Assembly (NCBI GenBank): GCA_963718895.1
Contig: CAVRAG010000007.1
Location: forward strand, 128,001 to 192,000
DNA: 64,000 bases
Reading direction: 5' to 3'
Source: an uncultured Nitrososphaerota archaeon
GTDB lineage: Archaea > Thermoproteota > Nitrososphaeria > Nitrososphaerales > Gagatemarchaeaceae
A program made the translations under genes and the position numbers. Shown here piece after piece: positions 60,382-64,000 of the stretch. The notes beneath the pieces are model-generated. The model did no database searches. It saw nothing but the letters and a program-made list of their open reading frames with translations, and was not told where the DNA came from. Every line of letters starts with the position of its first letter. Position 1 is the stretch's first letter.

Positions 60382-61467
60382 CTAGTCTGCGCGAAGAGGA
60401 GCGATACCAAGTCGCTTCGAGAGCGTTCCGAAGTAGGTCCATGTCTCCTCGTCGACGGGTATCCCCTCTCGGGATCGCATGGCCTTGGTGAGGAGTTCCG
60501 GTTCGCCGGGAAGGTAGACCTTCTTGAAACCCTCGGCCAGTCTTGAGCCGTGTATCCTGCGTGTCAATCTCTTGATGTCTCGGAGGTACTCGGGGTACTC
60601 CCGGAAGGCACCGATGTCTGTCGCCTGTATGTAGAACCCTCCCTGGAAGTACCGGCCCTTCCCTACGGACGAGAGGACGCCCCCGCCTAGGATGGCGGAG
60701 TAGACCTCGGAGGTGAACATGAGACCGTATCCCTTGTGCCCCCCGAAGGGCAGGAGGACCCCCTCCATCGCCCGCGATGGGTCTGTCGTCGGCTTCCCCT
60801 CGCGGTCGAGGGCCCAGCCGACGGGTATCGTCTTGCCGTCCCTGATGGCCAGGACGACCTTCTGGCCCGCGCCCGTCGTCGTCGCGACATCGAAGACAAT
60901 CCCGTCGCCCTCGTTGGGGAAAGCAAAGCAGAGAGGGTTGGTCCCGAAGACGGGGCTGGAACCGCCCCACGGTGCCGCGAGACGGCTCGAGTTGGTGAAG
61001 GCCATGGCGGCCATCTTCTGCCTCGCGACCATCAGGCCGTAATACGAGAGAGCACCGCAGTGGGTTAGGTTCACGAGCGAGACCGCGCCGACGCCGGTCT
61101 TCTTCGCCTTGCTGACGGCGAGCCTCGTGGCTCCGGAGGCGACGAAGGCACCTAACCCTCGGTCTCCGTCGATGACAGCGACGGACTGGGAGCTTCTCAG
61201 GACCTTCGGTCTGGGCCGCTTGTTGATGTCCCCGCTCCTGATTCCTTCGATATAGCGCTCGGCGAGGACGATCCCGTGGGTGTCGACGCCGCGGAGGCTC
61301 GTCGTGATGAGGAGGTCGACGACGGAGTCGGTCTGCGGCTTGGTCAGCCCCACCTTCGAGAAGGCCCGACGCAGGAAGAGCTCGAGCCTCTCGCGAGAGA
61401 CCCTCGTCTGCGAGTCCACGGCCCCGTTCGACCGGGCCGGGCGATTAATCCTTTTGGCCTCCTTCAT
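60382..61467 (-). CDS. Ldh_2 family (ComC/AllD/YiaK-like) NAD(P)-dependent dehydrogenase
   Basis: RGVDTHG, DGDRGLG, HCGAL, GTNP, D.AT, FGGHKGYGL, LPGE. Confidence 0.9.
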   Translation of the reverse strand: MKEAKRINRPARSNGAVDSQTRVSRERLELFLRRAFSKVGLTKPQTDSVVDLLITTSLRGVDTHGIVLAERYIEGIRSGDINKRPRPKVLRSSQSVAVIDGDRGLGAFVASGATRLAVSKAKKTGVGAVSLVNLTHCGALSYYGLMVARQKMAAMAFTNSSRLAAPWGGSSPVFGTNPLCFAFPNEGDGIVFDVATTTGAGQKVVLAIRDGKTIPVGWALDREGKPTTDPSRAMEGVLLPFGGHKGYGLMFTSEVYSAILGGGVLSSVGKGRYFQGGFYIQATDIGAFREYPEYLRDIKRLTRRIHGSRLAEGFKKVYLPGEPELLTKAMRSREGIPVDEETWTYFGTLSKRLGIAPLRAD

Positions 61468-62491
61468 TGGGTCAGCGTGATCTTCATGCTCTGACCCCGC
61501 TGCACTGCGAACCTGAAGGCCTCATCGGCCTCCCAGACCGAGAACCTGTGCGTTATGAGGGCGGAGGGATCTATGACGTTCCTTGAAATCAGGTTGATGA
61601 CGTGAGGGAACGTGTCATGGCCAGAGTGTCCGAGGCTGCCCACGAGCGATGTCCCGTGTCTCACGAGGCTGATCCTTCTATCGTCGAGGGTCGTTCGAGC
61701 ATCCCGATGAGTACACCGCGGCCCTTGAAGCGAAGGCAACCGATGAGCATGGGCAGGACCTTCTCGTTGGCCGAGCACTCTATCGCCATCTCCGCGCCGT
61801 AACCGCCGGTGAGGCCCTTCACCGCGCTCGCGGGATCAACCTCGGCCGGGTCCCGCACGTGGTCCGCCCCGGCACGCTTCGCCATCTCTCGCCGCCAAGC
61901 GTTGACCTCGAAGACGCAGACTTCCGCTCCTGCCGACTTTGCGAGCATCGTCGACAGCAGGCCGATCGGGCCCGCCCCGAAGACCGCGACGAAGTCTCCG
62001 GGCGAGATGCCGCCGCCCTGCACGAAGATCCCGTTGTAGGCCACGGAGGCTGGCTCGACGAGGGAACCGGCCTCGTAGGAGACGGAGCCCGGGAGCGCGT
62101 GGACGTATCTCTGGTTGACCTTCACTAGCTCTGCCAAGGCCCCGGGGGCGGTGAATCCGAGCTCTCCGAGGTTCTCGCAGAAGTTGGGGTAGCCGGCCTT
62201 GCAGGGTCGACAGAACCCGCACCACTGAACCTCTTCGGCCGTCACCGTGTCCCCGACCTTGAGCTTGGTTACCCGAGGGCCAAGTTCGACGATGTCGCCC
62301 GAGAACTCGTGCCCCATCACCACGGGCAGTCTCGAGAGCCTGGTGTAGACCCCGCGACACATGTCGATGTCCGACCCGCAGATGCCGACGGCCCTCGGAC
62401 GGATCAGGACGTCGTCCTGACCGAGTTCCGGACGGGGGAGGCCTTCTATCGAGAGCTCGGCCAGACCCTTGAGAAGGACGGCTCTTGACAA
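61464..62491 (-). CDS. Zn-dependent dehydrogenase, scyllo-inosose 3-dehydrogenase (IolM)-like (frameshift near 61680)
   Basis: AEEVQWCGFCRPC..PNFCENL.ELGF, GSLVEP.SVAYN..GGGI.PGD and GSLGHSGH.TFP match recalled Thermotoga IolM motifs. Confidence 0.75.
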
Positions 62492-62552
62492 CGCGGCGCA
62501 TCACTCCTCGGTGGTCTAAAACGATTGTGTCGGAGACGGACGAGAGAGCGCC

Positions 62553-63290
62553 TCACTTCGGCGAATAGGCCTTCGAGAGGGTTAGCTGGGACTTGTCGTG
62601 GGAGAAGATCCAGTCGGCGTTCCTGATCTCGAGGAGCTTCTTCATCGAGTCGATCGCCATCCCCCTGTCGCACCCCGTCATCGCGACACGCCCCGTCAGG
62701 TTCTTCTTCAGCGGCGCCACGTCCCCTGAGTAGACCAGGTTCCTCCTGCCCATCGAGACGACGACCGACTGGTGGCCCGTCGTGTGGCCGGGCGTCGGGA
62801 TGACGAGCACCTCTTCGGAGAGGCGATACTCTCCCTTGGTCTCGTTCACGCTCTTCAGCTTGTCGTAGTTCTCGGGGATGTAGGCGGTCTGGTTGGGGTC
62901 GTCGCCGATCGACCTGTCTATGAAGCCGAACTCGCTCTTCGAGATGTAGAACTGTGCGTTCGTGAACAGGTTGTTGCCTCCGCTGTGGGCGTTGTGGAGG
63001 TGTGTGTTCACTACGGCGGTGATCTCCTCCGGCCTTATCCCCAATCTCGCGAGCCCGACCTTCATACCCTGCGCCTTCGTCCGCGTTATCGTCTGGACGC
63101 GCCTGATCGCGTCGAACTTCGGGTCCTCGGGGACGGACCCTATGCCGGTGTCCACAAGGATCTTGTCCTTCCCCGTCTCGATCAATAGGCTCTTTGCAAC
63201 CGCCGAGTACATCGACGGCGCGCCCTCGGGAAGGAAGATGCGCCTGTCTGCCACGAAGCCTCCGTCGACTATGAGGTGGAGTCTTGCCAT
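62553..63290 (-). CDS. Metallo-beta-lactamase fold, AHL-lactonase-like protein
   Basis: LVDTG, THLHNAHSGG, TPGHTTGHQS, SGD, FSHD. Confidence 0.82.
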   Translation of the reverse strand: MARLHLIVDGGFVADRRIFLPEGAPSMYSAVAKSLLIETGKDKILVDTGIGSVPEDPKFDAIRRVQTITRTKAQGMKVGLARLGIRPEEITAVVNTHLHNAHSGGNNLFTNAQFYISKSEFGFIDRSIGDDPNQTAYIPENYDKLKSVNETKGEYRLSEEVLVIPTPGHTTGHQSVVVSMGRRNLVYSGDVAPLKKNLTGRVAMTGCDRGMAIDSMKKLLEIRNADWIFSHDKSQLTLSKAYSPK

Positions 63291-63308
63291 CTGGTCGCTA
63301 CACCCCGC

Positions 63309-64000
63309 TCACGGGACGGCGTACGGACCGGTCTCCCTCTTCGGGGTGAGTTCGCTCAGCCCCTTCTTGGTTATCTGGAAGGTCCTCTCCACCTGGTAGG
63401 CACCCACTCCCCGGACGTCCATGGGCGTCTCTATGTTGATGACCATGCCCTCCTCGAACGGGATGTCGATGCCTACGTCCACTATCTCGTCTGATATCGT
63501 CTTGTGGTCGCTGTAGTTGATGACCGGATGCTCACGCGTCTGGAGGCCTATGGCGTGGCCTTGGTATCCGACGCCCTTCATCCTGTGCTTCTCGTAGGAC
63601 TTGCCGAAGGCCTTGAGGACCGCGGACGGTCTCTTGCCCGGCGCGAGCAGGTCGAGGTGGGACTCGAAGATCTCCCAGAGGGTCCGGTGGGTCTTCTCCG
63701 CCTCCGGATTGCTCCCGAAGACGACCGTCATCCCGGTGTCCGAGTAGTACTGTTTGTAGATCACACCGCAGTCGATCATGGTGAAGTCTCCCGCACGGAA
63801 CTTGAAACGCGGGGAGCTCGATATCCCGAACCCCCGGGGGTTGTAGATGTAGTGGTCCGGTATCGCGCCATGGCGCGCGACCTCCGAGAGGTACGCCTGG
63901 CTCATCTCCCCCGCCGTGGCCTCTTCTCCGGCGGCCTTGACGCTCCGTTTCAGTCCCTTCTCTGTAATCTCAGCTGCGGTCCTCATCCTCGAGACCTCCT
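63309..64000 (-). CDS. M24 (Xaa-Pro peptidase/creatinase) family protein, 5' end outside window
   Basis: IDCG..YYSD, GHAIGL..EHP, INIETP, QVE. Confidence 0.85.
   Translation of the reverse strand, partial: EVSRMRTAAEITEKGLKRSVKAAGEEATAGEMSQAYLSEVARHGAIPDHYIYNPRGFGISSSPRFKFRAGDFTMIDCGVIYKQYYSDTGMTVVFGSNPEAEKTHRTLWEIFESHLDLLAPGKRPSAVLKAFGKSYEKHRMKGVGYQGHAIGLQTREHPVINYSDHKTISDEIVDVGIDIPFEEGMVINIETPMDVRGVGAYQVERTFQITKKGLSELTPKRETGPYAVP

Noticed and set aside
62553-63290. Quorum-quenching system linked to the repeat peptide
   Set aside because: It lies 60 kb away within a catabolic operon; family resemblance alone does not imply AHL activity.
1-64000. tRNA, rRNA, provirus or defence island
   Set aside because: No cloverleaf or rRNA signatures, integrase, capsid or defence genes recognised by eye; tRNAscan-SE and Infernal would be needed to exclude small RNAs.

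Overview
GC-rich archaeal chromosome segment. TFB, non-discriminating AspRS plus GatCAB, F420 genes cofCDE, TATA-type promoters and thaumarchaeal-style Vgb/cupredoxin genes suggest a heterotrophic, non-ammonia-oxidising Nitrososphaerota/TACK lineage (taxonomy is inference). It holds housekeeping genes (tfb, dcd, aspS, gatCAB, purD-like, tatC, alkA, mrp), molybdenum-cofactor and Mo-hydroxylase genes (coxMS-like, xdhC, mocA, moeA, moaABCDE), ABC transporters and a ~17 kb catabolic cluster (46.6-64 kb). Many single-base frameshifts, even in essential genes, point to assembly error. Highlights: (1) a 62-aa minus-strand gene with five DPIGGFGPS repeats that differ only at synonymous sites, with its own terminator, lying between a double Lrp/AsnC regulator and a dcd/CAAX-type protease gene pair (candidate multi-core peptide precursor); (2) a transposase-less TnpB flanked by a 21-bp inverted repeat; (3) a PurD-like gene with two LAGLIDADG inteins 49 codons apart; (4) micro-proteins absent from the ORF track. 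No rRNA, tRNA or CRISPR array was recognised.
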